DNA of 64,000 nucleotides from an uncultured Verrucomicrobiae bacterium (GTDB lineage Bacteria; Chlamydiota; Chlamydiia; Chlamydiales; JAFEGQ01): NCBI GenBank assembly GCA_963739345.1, contig CAVUAA010000001.1, positions 10,356 to 74,355 of the forward strand, read 5' to 3'. Shown piece by piece: positions 56,201 to 64,000 of this stretch (position 1 is its first letter; each line of letters starts with the position of its first letter). The notes under the pieces were generated by a model. It saw only the letters and a program-made list of their open reading frames with translations, ran no database searches and was not told where the DNA came from. The position numbers and the translations under genes were made by a program.

Positions 56201-56473
56201 CTTAACCTCTATCTCGCCGAACCGAGCGGCAAGAAGCTTCATGCGATGTACATGGAAGCGTGGCGACAGGGGCTTAAGACCACCTACTATCTCCGCTCGC
56301 TTGGTGCGACGCAGATTGAGAAGTCGACCACCGACATCAACAAGCGGGGCCTGCAGCCTCGGTGGATGAAAAGTGAGTCGGCTAGCTCCCGCATCAAGCT
56401 CGATCGGGCGCCAGAAGAAGAAGTGAAGATGCCGTCGTGTAGCCTTGAAGAGGGCTGCGAGTCGTGCCAATAA
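53276..56473 (+). CDS. nrdA: Ribonucleoside-diphosphate reductase alpha subunit with several N-terminal ATP-cone-like repeats
   Basis: 1065 aa. Cone-like repeats VVKRGGMMVPFRRERIFVAIEAAF, LKIFRRDGVEVRFNPMKIARSIERSF, FKMKLADGSEGKVTEGELHARIEYA. Core SSCYLL, NLCTEILL, ATISNIAGCTQSIEP, TTYYLRS, C-terminal CSLEEGCESCQ. Confidence 0.95.
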   Translation: MTTVATEPVAPKKRDLQKLAQGCTVVKRGGMMVPFRRERIFVAIEAAFRETKRIPRSEPLQQETYNMVQQITDLVVEDGLTAAQKGACLTVEGIQDLVEVKLMETGHHDVARDYIVYRDHHKSLRDDSPRNLKIFRRDGVEVRFNPMKIARSIERSFRKVFAVEGPTPPEVITAVNLLTNKVVNRAVLLAKGEIPLDVSMIEVEVERQMMAEGYFDVAKATILHRAHKVMEPEALAVEVKPAKKKKAGRSFKMKLADGSEGKVTEGELHARIEYAAQGFKTINPEEVLELSISNFYDGIREDEVEASNIMAAKVKIEVEPDYSFVAARLLLDKLYRETMGEEASSRKLNQRHAAYFKEYLQTGIEQEHLSPALLDFDTDKLAAAMDLENDLLFTYLGLQTLYDRYFIHHEEKVLETPQIFWMRVAMGLAVNEGEKKNERAIEFYTVLSRFLYVSSTPTLFNAGTPHQQLSSCYLLTISDDLDHIFKTVKDNALLSKWAGGIGDDWTNVRATGSRIKGTNGRSQGVIPFLKVANDTAVAVNQGGKRKGAMCAYLETWHLDIEDFLELRKNTGDERRRTHDMNTANWIPDLFMKRVARKESWTLLSPSDAPDLHDLYGMAFENRYVEYEKMCEAGEITHFKKIEAVQLWRKMLSMLFETGHPWITFKDPSNIRSPQDHVGVVHSSNLCTEILLNTSATETAVCNLGSINLPKHTTEEGLDEELVQRTVATALRMLDNVIDINFYPTAEAEAANGRHRPVGLGLMGFQDALYKQNISYASHEAVLFADKSMEVISYYAILASTELAKERGAYSTYKGSKWDRGILPIDSLQLLAEERGEEYVEVDNSTTMDWGVVRAAIEKYGMRNSNTMAIAPTATISNIAGCTQSIEPMYKHLFVKSNLSGEFTISNVFLVERLKELGLWDHEMLDDLKYFDGSLMEIERIPEDVRRTFLTAFEIEPEWLIACAARRQKWIDMGQSLNLYLAEPSGKKLHAMYMEAWRQGLKTTYYLRSLGATQIEKSTTDINKRGLQPRWMKSESASSRIKLDRAPEEEVKMPSCSLEEGCESCQ

Positions 56474-56498
56474 TCGAAAAATATAAGGAGAGCGGAAC

Positions 56499-57563
56499 AT
56501 GGCAGGGCTTGATTTCGGAGAGACCGAACAGGAAGAGATGATTGGCGTCGAGGGGCGATTTGACCGCGACCAGAAGCGGTTGATCAACTGTGCAACGGTC
56601 GATGTCAATCAGCTGATGCCGCTCAAGTATAAGTGGGCGTGGGAGCACTATTTGAATGGGTGCGCCAACCACTGGATGCCGACAGAAGTGCCGATGGCCA
56701 AAGACATTGAGCTTTGGAAATCGGATCAGCTGACGGCTGATGAGCGGCATGTCATCTTGTACAACCTCGGCTTTTTTGCCACCGCCGAGAGCTTGGTGGC
56801 CAACAACATTACCTTGGCAATCTTCAAGCACGTCACCAACGCTGAGGCCCGCCAGTATCTGTTGAGACAGGCGTTTGAGGAGGCGATCCACACCCACACC
56901 TTCCACTACATCGTCGAATCTCTTGCTCTGAATGAGAAGGAGATCTTCAACATGTATAACGAGGTCAACTCGATTCATGGCAAAGACGCCTTTGAGATGA
57001 AGTTGACAGAAGCTGTGATGGCCGATGACTTCACCACCGAGACCCCTGAGGGGCGGCAGAAGTTCTTAGAGAATCTCATTGGTTTTTACATCATTATGGA
57101 GGGGATCTTTTTCTACAGCGGCTTTGCCATGATCCTCTCGATGCATCGGCAGAATAAGATGACCGGCATCGGTGAACAGTTCCAGTACATCCTCAGGGAT
57201 GAGACTGTCCACCTCAACTTCGGCATTGATTTGATCAACGGGATTAAGGAAGAGAATCCTGAGCTCTGGTCTTCTGATTTTCAAGCTTACGTGATCGATA
57301 CTGTGAAGGAAGCTGTCGAGCTTGAGGTGCAATATGCCGAGGACTGCCTTCCGCGGGGTATTCTGGGTCTAAGCGCCCCTATGTTCCGCGAATATGCGCA
57401 GCACATTGCCGATAGACGCTTGGAACGCATTGGCTTGAAGGCTCAATACGGCTCAAAGAACCCGTTCCCATGGATGAGTGAAACTATTGACCTCGGCAAG
57501 GAGAAGAACTTCTTCGAGACAAGGGTCAACGAGTACCAGTCGGCCTCTTCACTGACGTGGTAG
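56499..57563 (+). CDS. nrdB: Ribonucleotide reductase beta subunit, class Ic type (Phe at the radical-Tyr position)
   Basis: Ligand motifs [17 protein letters not shown] (E-x-x-H-x-x-x-F, not ..Y), [19 protein letters not shown]. Confidence 0.9.
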   Translation: MAGLDFGETEQEEMIGVEGRFDRDQKRLINCATVDVNQLMPLKYKWAWEHYLNGCANHWMPTEVPMAKDIELWKSDQLTADERHVILYNLGFFATAESLVANNITLAIFKHVTNAEARQYLLRQAFEEAIHTHTFHYIVESLALNEKEIFNMYNEVNSIHGKDAFEMKLTEAVMADDFTTETPEGRQKFLENLIGFYIIMEGIFFYSGFAMILSMHRQNKMTGIGEQFQYILRDETVHLNFGIDLINGIKEENPELWSSDFQAYVIDTVKEAVELEVQYAEDCLPRGILGLSAPMFREYAQHIADRRLERIGLKAQYGSKNPFPWMSETIDLGKEKNFFETRVNEYQSASSLTW

Positions 57564-58108
57564 AGATTATTGCCCACCGGGGCGCCTCTGCGGAGGCGCC
57601 CGAGAATTCCCTGGAAGCGTTTCAGCTAGCCATTGACATGGGCTGCGATTGGATGGAATGCGATGTGCATCTTTCCAAGAGCGGGGAGTTGGTCGTGATC
57701 CACGATCCAATTGCAGATGTAGCCGTGCCGACCTTGCAGGACGTACTCGCTCTTGATCGGCGAGGTGTCGGTTTGATGATTGAACTCAAGGTCGATTGTG
57801 TTGCTGAGGTGCTTCCGCTTGTTGCCGATGAAGAGCGGATCGTTGTCGGTTGTCTCGACCCAACAATCGTCGCCAAGATACCTCGTGCTTTGGCTCTTGG
57901 CATCGCCCGCACGGGTGACACTCTAAAAGCTTATCGCGAGATGGGTCTGGATCGGCTAGCAGTATCGCAAGAGCTGGACTATTCAGGTGCTTGGGTGTGG
58001 ACTGTCGATGGTGTCGATGCAGCACGCGCTGCGATTGCAGCGGGAGCGACTGGTATCATCACCAACGATCCCCGACTGTTGCTTGCTAAACCGCATAGAC
58101 TCAGATAG
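57557..58108 (+). CDS. Short glycerophosphodiester phosphodiesterase-family protein
   Basis: [62 protein letters not shown]. Confidence 0.75.
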   Translation: MVEIIAHRGASAEAPENSLEAFQLAIDMGCDWMECDVHLSKSGELVVIHDPIADVAVPTLQDVLALDRRGVGLMIELKVDCVAEVLPLVADEERIVVGCLDPTIVAKIPRALALGIARTGDTLKAYREMGLDRLAVSQELDYSGAWVWTVDGVDAARAAIAAGATGIITNDPRLLLAKPHRLR

Positions 58109-58114
58109 CGGTAG

Positions 58115-58151
58115 CCCCCTTCATAAGGGGGTGAGGAGCGCCTTTTTTTTT
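58115..58151 (+). terminator. Rho-independent terminator after the nrdAB-GDPD unit
   Basis: cccccttcataaggggg, followed by a long T-run. Confidence 0.7.
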
Positions 58152-58255
58152 GGGACAATGAATATTATTAGTTGCACCTGAATGCCCCCGCTAAGTAACG
58201 TATGATCCTTAACGCATGCAGGGTTGTACCTGCACAAGACAACGGGAGTGATAGC

Positions 58256-59356
58256 ATGATGCGATTAGTGCGAACTACAGCTCTGGCAATGAGTATGCCA
58301 GTTGCCTCGCTGTGGGGATTATTCGGCGGCTGCTGTGATGGGGCTTTGGAATACATTCAACCAGCCATCAATGTGTACAAGGATGCAGACTACTACATAG
58401 GGGCAGACTTCCTCTACTGGACGCACAGCGACTGTGACTACGGATATGTCGCAATACTGAATGATATTCTCCAAACTCCAACTCCACCACTGGTCCCACC
58501 GGCTATCAACGCGTTCTCAAGCCGCAACAACATCGAATACGTGAAACCAGGCTATGACCCGGGCTTCCGCATTCGGATCGGATTCGACGCCTTCGGTTGC
58601 CATAGAGAAGAGCTCAGCTACACATGGGTGGAGATCCGCAATACCGATGCGGTCAAGCTCAATGTTAGCCAGCCGATCCAGGCAGTTGAGCCCACCATCA
58701 TCACAAACAACTCCTTTGCCCCAGCCTTTGCTGCGCCGGCAGACAAGATCACCGGGGCGGTATTTAGTCGCTATCAGCGAGTGGTCTGGGACCTCGGCAC
58801 GAACTTCTGTGTAGGCGATTGGGGATGGTTCCGCGCGGGTGGCCTCCCCCAATGGGTTGGCATCTCACACCACCGGACAACGACAGCTCACTTCCCATCA
58901 CTCGACCAAACTTATTCCGATGTTCAAAAGTTCGAGTTCTCTGCTGGCGGCGTTGGATACTATGTCGGCTATATGGTCCACATCAACGACTGCGGCTTCT
59001 ACTCCATGGGGAGAGTGGTTGTTAACACCGTTCTGTCCAGACAGCGTATGACTCGTAGAGGCATCTCAACGATCGCAAGCGTCGCCGCCCAACCGGTGCC
59101 GATCTTCGACGGGCTAACCATTCCAGGAAGAACCTGCTTTACTCCAGGCTTTGAGATGAATGTGGGCCTCGGCTGGACCAAGCAGTGTAAGTGCTTTAAG
59201 CTCGATCTCCTCATCAACTATGAGATCCAAACCTGGCTAAACGCACTTTCCTACAGAGTCGGAGGAAACCAGGTGGTTCCCTCGTCGGCCGAAGATATCC
59301 TCTTCGGCGGTATATCCTACGGCGGCCCCTCTCTGAGGTTCGAGGTAGGGTACTAA
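58256..59356 (+). CDS. Cysteine-rich putative outer-membrane beta-barrel protein, type A (copy 1)
   Basis: Signal-like MMRLVRTTALAMSMPVASLWG, GGCCDG, ADFLYWTHSDCDYGY, KQCKCF, terminal ISYGGPSLRFEVGY*. Paralogue of 61757..62860. Confidence 0.6.
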   Translation: MMRLVRTTALAMSMPVASLWGLFGGCCDGALEYIQPAINVYKDADYYIGADFLYWTHSDCDYGYVAILNDILQTPTPPLVPPAINAFSSRNNIEYVKPGYDPGFRIRIGFDAFGCHREELSYTWVEIRNTDAVKLNVSQPIQAVEPTIITNNSFAPAFAAPADKITGAVFSRYQRVVWDLGTNFCVGDWGWFRAGGLPQWVGISHHRTTTAHFPSLDQTYSDVQKFEFSAGGVGYYVGYMVHINDCGFYSMGRVVVNTVLSRQRMTRRGISTIASVAAQPVPIFDGLTIPGRTCFTPGFEMNVGLGWTKQCKCFKLDLLINYEIQTWLNALSYRVGGNQVVPSSAEDILFGGISYGGPSLRFEVGY

Positions 59357-59429
59357 AATGAAAACAAATGACGTTTATGACGCGCCCGCAGGGCACGAGA
59401 TCGATGCAATAAAAACGAAGAGGAGACCG

Positions 59430-60527
59430 ATGAAGGAGCAAATAATCAGGAAAGTAGCGTCTGGCCTTTTGGCTTGCGCCCTCTTGCTCGGGATGAGCCC
59501 TGCAGAGGCGCAGGGAACATGCATCGCCGGCTGCGAAAAGGCTAGTCAGTGCTGCGATTGGGGCACACTCTACGCTGCAGCAGCCGCTCAATACTTTTGG
59601 CCCGGTAGCTGTGATACTCGGTATGCCACCGTGGGCGGCTCCGACATCAACGCCGCCCTCAACGACGGCACGTATGCCAAGGTAAACGATCGGTACGTAA
59701 AGCAGGGTGGCTCGTGGGGCTTTAAAGTGATTGGCGGCCTGGACAAGGAGTGGATCTCCTTTTTTGGTACCTACGAACGATGGGAAAACAACGCCGCCAA
59801 CAGTGTCGATCGCAACACCAATGATCCCAATAGCTTTCTAATTGTTCCTGGGGCCACCGGCAACTGGGGGCGGATCCGCGCCGACCAGCATCTGACGTAT
59901 CAGGTTGCAACCGCCGGACTAGCCATCCCCGTCGCGACTGCCTGCTATGTAGTGACGACTGCAGAGTTTGTCGTGCGGTATGTAGACTTGGCGCAAAACA
60001 TAAATGTCAGCAGCGCACAGCCAATCATCGGAGGTGTACTCGCTCCGAACAGCGTTGGTCGTGGACGGGCAAACTCCCGGTTCCGAGGAGCGGGTATCGG
60101 CTTCGGCATTAGCCAGCAGGCGAACCTTCCCATTCAAGGTTGGGAATTTGCAGGGTATCTCTACTTCTGCGGCCTCATCGGCGAAGCAGACCATACGACC
60201 TCTCAGTTCCGCACCGTCCCGACGGTGGGAGGTACACCTGGTCAAGACCTGACCCTCCGCCTGCACAAACAAAACTACTGGATCCCGAGCACTGAGACTG
60301 CCTTTCTCATTGGCTACGAGCACGAGTGCGGCTGTACTCTTCTCAGATTCAAGTTTGGCTGGATCCAGAACATCTACTTCAATGCGCTGTTTGATGCCCC
60401 GACTGAAGGGTTTACGAGCCGCGGCAACCCGGTGGGTGTCAACCAGGCACCCAACCAACTCCGTGAAAGTGCCTTCAAGACACTCTCATACGGCGGACCG
60501 ATCATCTACCTGGGAGCACTGTTCTAA
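59430..60527 (+). CDS. Cysteine-rich putative outer-membrane beta-barrel protein, type B (copy 1)
   Basis: Signal-like MKEQIIRKVASGLLACALLLGMSPAEA, CIAGCEKASQCCDW, RFRGAGIGFGISQ, HECGC, terminal LSYGGPIIYLGALF*. Paralogue of 62974..>64000. Confidence 0.6.
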   Translation: MKEQIIRKVASGLLACALLLGMSPAEAQGTCIAGCEKASQCCDWGTLYAAAAAQYFWPGSCDTRYATVGGSDINAALNDGTYAKVNDRYVKQGGSWGFKVIGGLDKEWISFFGTYERWENNAANSVDRNTNDPNSFLIVPGATGNWGRIRADQHLTYQVATAGLAIPVATACYVVTTAEFVVRYVDLAQNINVSSAQPIIGGVLAPNSVGRGRANSRFRGAGIGFGISQQANLPIQGWEFAGYLYFCGLIGEADHTTSQFRTVPTVGGTPGQDLTLRLHKQNYWIPSTETAFLIGYEHECGCTLLRFKFGWIQNIYFNALFDAPTEGFTSRGNPVGVNQAPNQLRESAFKTLSYGGPIIYLGALF

Positions 60528-60580
60528 TGATTGAATCGATTGACACCCTAATGAAAAAGAGAAAAACAAGAGGAACAAAC

Positions 60581-61624
60581 ATGGGCAGGCGAATCAAGAG
60601 ACACTGGCTCCTCGTGGCCAGCCTCGTGCTGGCGACTCCAATCGTTACAAATCCCGCAGCGCTAATGGCAGAGCCAATCAAGCTCTTTCCAATTGACCAA
60701 GAAGAGAAGCCCGGCCGGTGTGACTCGGAACTCTATGCAGAGGCAATCTACTGGGCGCCAAACCCACTTGAGTTCAACTACGCACAAGTAGGCGTCATTA
60801 GCCCACCGGGCATCTTTGAGTCCAATGCGGTCTTTGAGAATCTCACCTCCGAACTGCTGGATACAGGCTATGACTGGGGTTTCCGGTTCGGCTATCGGAT
60901 GAATCGCGGTCGCTGGTTTGCTAAGGCAGATGTTCTGTGGATTGAGATGGAGAGCTCCGACTCGACACGCAGGGCTCCCGGAGACAACTCTTTAGTGATC
61001 CCAACACTCCAATTTGATGCAGGTCAAGTGACCGGTTTTCAGGTGGCGGCAGCAAATTCGAATACACAGTATGAGAATGCCGGACTTCAAGTAGGCTATC
61101 GCGGCTGCGACACCTGCCGGGGCTATTGGGAAACTTATGCGGTCGTGGAAGCATTCTACTACCGGTTCCGAGCACGCGCTCGCGGGGTAGGAGACGCGAC
61201 ATTCGGTGTCGATCCGCAGACCGTGCCGATCTATGGCATCTTCACGCAAGGGTTTGAGCAAGTTGGTCTGGGTCTTGGATCTGGACTTCGCTTCCGAGCC
61301 AATGTGGGTTGCGGCTTATCCTTTGGCGGCGATTTTGAATCGTTCGGTTCGGTCTCACGCGTTAAAGGGCTGCAGGAACAGAATAGCCTAACGCCTTTCA
61401 ACGTTCCCCAAGGAGCTGCAGTTCCGGTCTACCAAGACCGGCGTGTACCTACGACATTTAACTCGCGCCAGTGTTTCGCTCTTGGCTTCAAGGGGCGAAT
61501 CGCAGCTGAATATAGAAGGTGCTGCGCTTGCTATGAGTTCTCTGGTCGAATTGGCTACGAAATTCAAGCTGTCAAGATTGGCATCGTCGGCGGACCCTTT
61601 GTCGGGGGCGCCATCAACTTCTAG
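60581..61624 (+). CDS. Cysteine-containing putative outer-membrane beta-barrel protein, type C (alternative start 60551)
   Basis: Signal-like MGRRIKRHWLLVASLVLATPIV, YDWGFRFGYRM, RRCCACYEF, terminal GGPFVGGAINF*. Confidence 0.5.
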   Translation: MGRRIKRHWLLVASLVLATPIVTNPAALMAEPIKLFPIDQEEKPGRCDSELYAEAIYWAPNPLEFNYAQVGVISPPGIFESNAVFENLTSELLDTGYDWGFRFGYRMNRGRWFAKADVLWIEMESSDSTRRAPGDNSLVIPTLQFDAGQVTGFQVAAANSNTQYENAGLQVGYRGCDTCRGYWETYAVVEAFYYRFRARARGVGDATFGVDPQTVPIYGIFTQGFEQVGLGLGSGLRFRANVGCGLSFGGDFESFGSVSRVKGLQEQNSLTPFNVPQGAAVPVYQDRRVPTTFNSRQCFALGFKGRIAAEYRRCCACYEFSGRIGYEIQAVKIGIVGGPFVGGAINF

Positions 61625-61647
61625 GTCTTCAGCCAAAGCTTCTGGCT

Positions 61648-61682
61648 ACCGCGGACCCTCGGGTCCGCGGTTTTTCTTTTTC
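61648..61682 (+). terminator. Rho-independent terminator between the two OMP modules
   Basis: accgcggaccctcgggtccgcggt, followed by tttttcttttt. Confidence 0.75.
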
Positions 61683-61700
61683 AGCGATAATGCAATTTCT

Positions 61701-61709
61701 TGCTATAAT
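61701..61709 (+). promoter_or_regulatory. Candidate extended -10 promoter (TGcTATAAT) for the second OMP module
   Basis: tgctataat lies 48 nt upstream of the ATG at 61757. No convincing -35 element. Confidence 0.3.
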
Positions 61710-61756
61710 ATGACCAAAATCTATAAACTTCTCCAGCTAGTACCTGGAGAGATAAT

Positions 61757-62860
61757 ATGTTCCGAACAGCAAGCCGAGTGCTTCTGATTGTCGCCCTACC
61801 GGTTATTTCTCTATGGGGTGCATCTGACGGCTGCTTCAACTTTAAGCGCGATTACTTCGACCCTCTGGTGAAGGTCTACGCGTCTGGAAATTACTACGCA
61901 GAAGCTGACCTTCTCTACTGGACGCACAGTGACTGTGACTACGACTATGCCCTTCTCGTCGACGCCATACTTCAAACCCCACCATCAGCCATTCCGCCGG
62001 CAATTACAGCTAACACCGACCGCGGGACAAAGCAGTTTGTCAGACCCGGATATGGGCCGGGTATCAGACTCCATATCGGTTTCAGAAACGACCCGTGCAC
62101 TTCACAGGATCTCAGCTATACCTGGATAGAGATCAAAAGCAGCAGCGTAACGAAGCTCGACACTAACAGTACATTTCAGCCGTTTGAACGCTCGGTTATT
62201 ATTTCTAATTCTTTTGATGGTGAGCCCAACAAGATCACCGGGCAAGTGATCAGCCGATACCAACGGCTTAATCTCGAGGTTTTGACTGCTTTTCAGTTAG
62301 GGGACTGGGGAGAATTTGTCGCGGGGGGCGAATACATGTGGGTCAGCATCACACACTACCAAAATAGTTCCGCCGTCCTCCCCTCCCTCCCTCCAGGGAG
62401 CCTCCGTCCAGAGGTTAGCAAGAAGTACACGTTCTCTGGAGGCGGAATTGGATACCAGCTCGGCTTCCGCTATAGGCTTGGAGAGTGTGGCCTTCACATG
62501 GTCGGACGGTCGGCACTAATCGGACTGATCGGTAGGCAACGGGCCACTCGCAGCGGAGTCTCCACGCTACCCAATCTTCTCGTAGTTCCTTCTACCGCAT
62601 TCGCATTCAATGAGGCGGTCACTGTCCCAGGACGGACCATTCTCCTCCCGGGTTTTGAGGCTATGGCTGGCATTGGATATGTCCATGATTCCAAATGCTA
62701 TACTGTACGTATTACAGTCTCCTATGAAATTCACCAATATGTCAGTGCCCTCTCTACTCGCATCGCTTCAACTGATTTACTTCCCCCCATTGGGGAAAAC
62801 CCGCTATTTGGATCGATTTCGTACGGTGGCCCGGCGCTCTCATTGGAGGTCAGCTATTGA
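61757..62860 (+). CDS. Cysteine-rich putative outer-membrane beta-barrel protein, type A (copy 2)
   Basis: MFRTASRVLLIVALPVISLWG, ADLLYWTHSDCDYDY, KITGQVISRYQRL, terminal ISYGGPALSLEVSY*. Confidence 0.6.
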   Translation: MFRTASRVLLIVALPVISLWGASDGCFNFKRDYFDPLVKVYASGNYYAEADLLYWTHSDCDYDYALLVDAILQTPPSAIPPAITANTDRGTKQFVRPGYGPGIRLHIGFRNDPCTSQDLSYTWIEIKSSSVTKLDTNSTFQPFERSVIISNSFDGEPNKITGQVISRYQRLNLEVLTAFQLGDWGEFVAGGEYMWVSITHYQNSSAVLPSLPPGSLRPEVSKKYTFSGGGIGYQLGFRYRLGECGLHMVGRSALIGLIGRQRATRSGVSTLPNLLVVPSTAFAFNEAVTVPGRTILLPGFEAMAGIGYVHDSKCYTVRITVSYEIHQYVSALSTRIASTDLLPPIGENPLFGSISYGGPALSLEVSY

Positions 62861-62973
62861 AAGGACAAAAGGTTCCCTCATTGCGTATCTCTGTTAATCC
62901 GGGTACCGACCTATCCCCTGATCGCATGCACCGTCGTTTTTCGTTGAGGACAGGTGGTGCCGAGAATGCCGAT

Positions 62974-64000
62974 ATGAGGCGCAATATCATTTGCAAGCCC
63001 CGCAAAGTCAGAGGCAAATGGGCCACGGGTGCCGCGATTGCGGAAAGGTGGCGACTTGGGATACTTAGCATCGCACTCCTTCTAGCGACAACGGGTGCGG
63101 ACGGGCAAGCAGTAGGATCGCCTACCAGCGGTCGAGGTGGTGGGACAACCCCTTGGTATGGACAGGTGTACGCAGGAGCTGGTGCGTTGTGGTATCGACA
63201 GGGGGATAACGATTCGCTCTATGCTGTTGCTGGTGCCACTGATATCAACTTCCCCATCCCAGGGGACTACAGTAAACTCAACGAACAGTACATTAGGGCA
63301 CTGGGTGCTTGGGGTTACAAGGTTTTTGTCGGATTTGACAAGGAATGGATCGATGTGTCCGTCTCATATAAGTGGTGGGAAGGGAATGCAGCTGCTTCTG
63401 TTCAACGGCCGCCGGCGCCCGACGGCTTTCTCTATGTCCCCGGTACGGCCGGAGACTGGGAGCAGATCAGCGCCACCCAACGCACCCGCTATCAGGTTGG
63501 CTCCATCTGGGTCGGAGTCCCGGTAGGCACCGCTTGTGGACTCGTCACCTCGATCCACTGCATGGCTCGCGTCATTGACCTTGACCAACGGGTTCGGATT
63601 GATGCTGCTAATCCCACCTTTCCCCCTGGCGCCGCTGCTAACACAGTGGGACGCGGACTGGCACGCTCTCGCTTTCAAGGTGGAGGCGTCGGTTTTGGGC
63701 TGAGTCAAGAAGGGGAGCTTCCTTTTAAGCACTGGACGACGGGCGGCTATTTTTGTTTTCTCGGCATTATCGGCAATTCATCCATGAGTATCTCACAGTT
63801 TCGCATCATCCCCCTCGCTAATAATGTCACGCCGGGACAGGATCTGACCCTAAGGCTCACGCAGCAACGCTACTGGGTCCCCGCTCTTGAGGCGGCGACC
63901 TTTTTTTCTTATACGTATGCTTGTGGCGATGTCGAAATCAAGGTGCGCTTTGGATACGAATGGAATATCTATTTCAATGCGCTCTACGAGACTCCTGCTG
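62974..64000 (+). CDS. Putative outer-membrane beta-barrel protein, type B (copy 2), 3'-partial (runs off the window; absent from the ORF track)
   Basis: Own translation of frame 1 from the ATG at 62974: MRRNIICKPRKVRGKWATGAAIAERWRLGILSIALLLATTGADG..RFQGGGVGFGLSQ..TPGQDLTLRLTQQRYWVP..NIYFNALYETPA. No stop before 64000. Confidence 0.6.
   Translation, partial: MRRNIICKPRKVRGKWATGAAIAERWRLGILSIALLLATTGADGQAVGSPTSGRGGGTTPWYGQVYAGAGALWYRQGDNDSLYAVAGATDINFPIPGDYSKLNEQYIRALGAWGYKVFVGFDKEWIDVSVSYKWWEGNAAASVQRPPAPDGFLYVPGTAGDWEQISATQRTRYQVGSIWVGVPVGTACGLVTSIHCMARVIDLDQRVRIDAANPTFPPGAAANTVGRGLARSRFQGGGVGFGLSQEGELPFKHWTTGGYFCFLGIIGNSSMSISQFRIIPLANNVTPGQDLTLRLTQQRYWVPALEAATFFSYTYACGDVEIKVRFGYEWNIYFNALYETPA

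Noticed and set aside
58152-58255. A sigma-70-type promoter upstream of the first OMP module (TTGCAC .. TATGAT)
   Set aside because: The spacing between the hexamers is ~23 nt, too long for a functional -35/-10 pair. No better candidate was found by eye.

Overview
The window is not one homogeneous stretch of a replicon. Composition and gene content split it into three blocks.

**Block 1 (1..~9945).** Very GC-rich, with a Bradyrhizobiaceae-like alphaproteobacterial gene set: SDR, DUF3365-type adenylate cyclase, DUF3597, der, panB, nnrU, FAD oxidoreductase and Bug/TctC. It also carries two copies of a ~165-bp twin-hairpin intergenic repeat.

**Block 2 (~9945..~16235).** Also GC-rich, but with an actinobacterium-like gene set: ASCH, NUDIX, Crp/Fnr, DUF4349-type anti-sigma plus ECF sigma, GDPD, Fpg/Nei and the Lhr C-terminus.

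**Block 3 (~16235..64000).** Moderate GC with long intact ORFs. The gene content fits an environmental, amoeba-associated Chlamydiae (PVC) organism:
- nrdA with several N-terminal ATP-cone-like repeats, and class Ic nrdB
- long eukaryote-like (type 2) ileS
- htrA, a PreP-like M16 protease, tmRNA and PIN-PhoH
- corA, rmuC and lexA
- a complete biotin cluster
- a decayed LRR/Sel1 eukaryote-like gene

In blocks 1 and 2 almost every recognisable gene is split over several frames. Block 3 has uninterrupted ORFs of about 900 to 1065 aa. Both block boundaries cut genes mid-ORF, and no mobile-element or att signature is present there. I therefore read blocks 1 and 2 as concatenated or chimeric, probably low-coverage foreign contigs, not as a horizontally acquired island.

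The interesting biology is in block 3:
- A tandem array of five cysteine-rich putative outer-membrane beta-barrel paralogues sits at 58.2..64.0 kb and runs off the window. It is organised as a duplicated A-B(-C) module.
- A 154-bp TA-flanked palindromic element is inserted in frame in an AbiEii toxin gene.
- An IS982-family element with a 5-bp target duplication is nested inside a Tn5-like IS4 element, and a related solo MITE lies at 21.9 kb.
- lexA is abutted directly to a translationally coupled bioF-H/G-C-D-A operon, with a split convergent bioB.
- The tmRNA tag frame looks shifted by one base.
- There are several unusual palindromes.

No CRISPR array, rRNA or free-standing tRNA was seen. 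All family assignments rest on motif recognition by eye, and coordinates of frameshifted genes are approximate.
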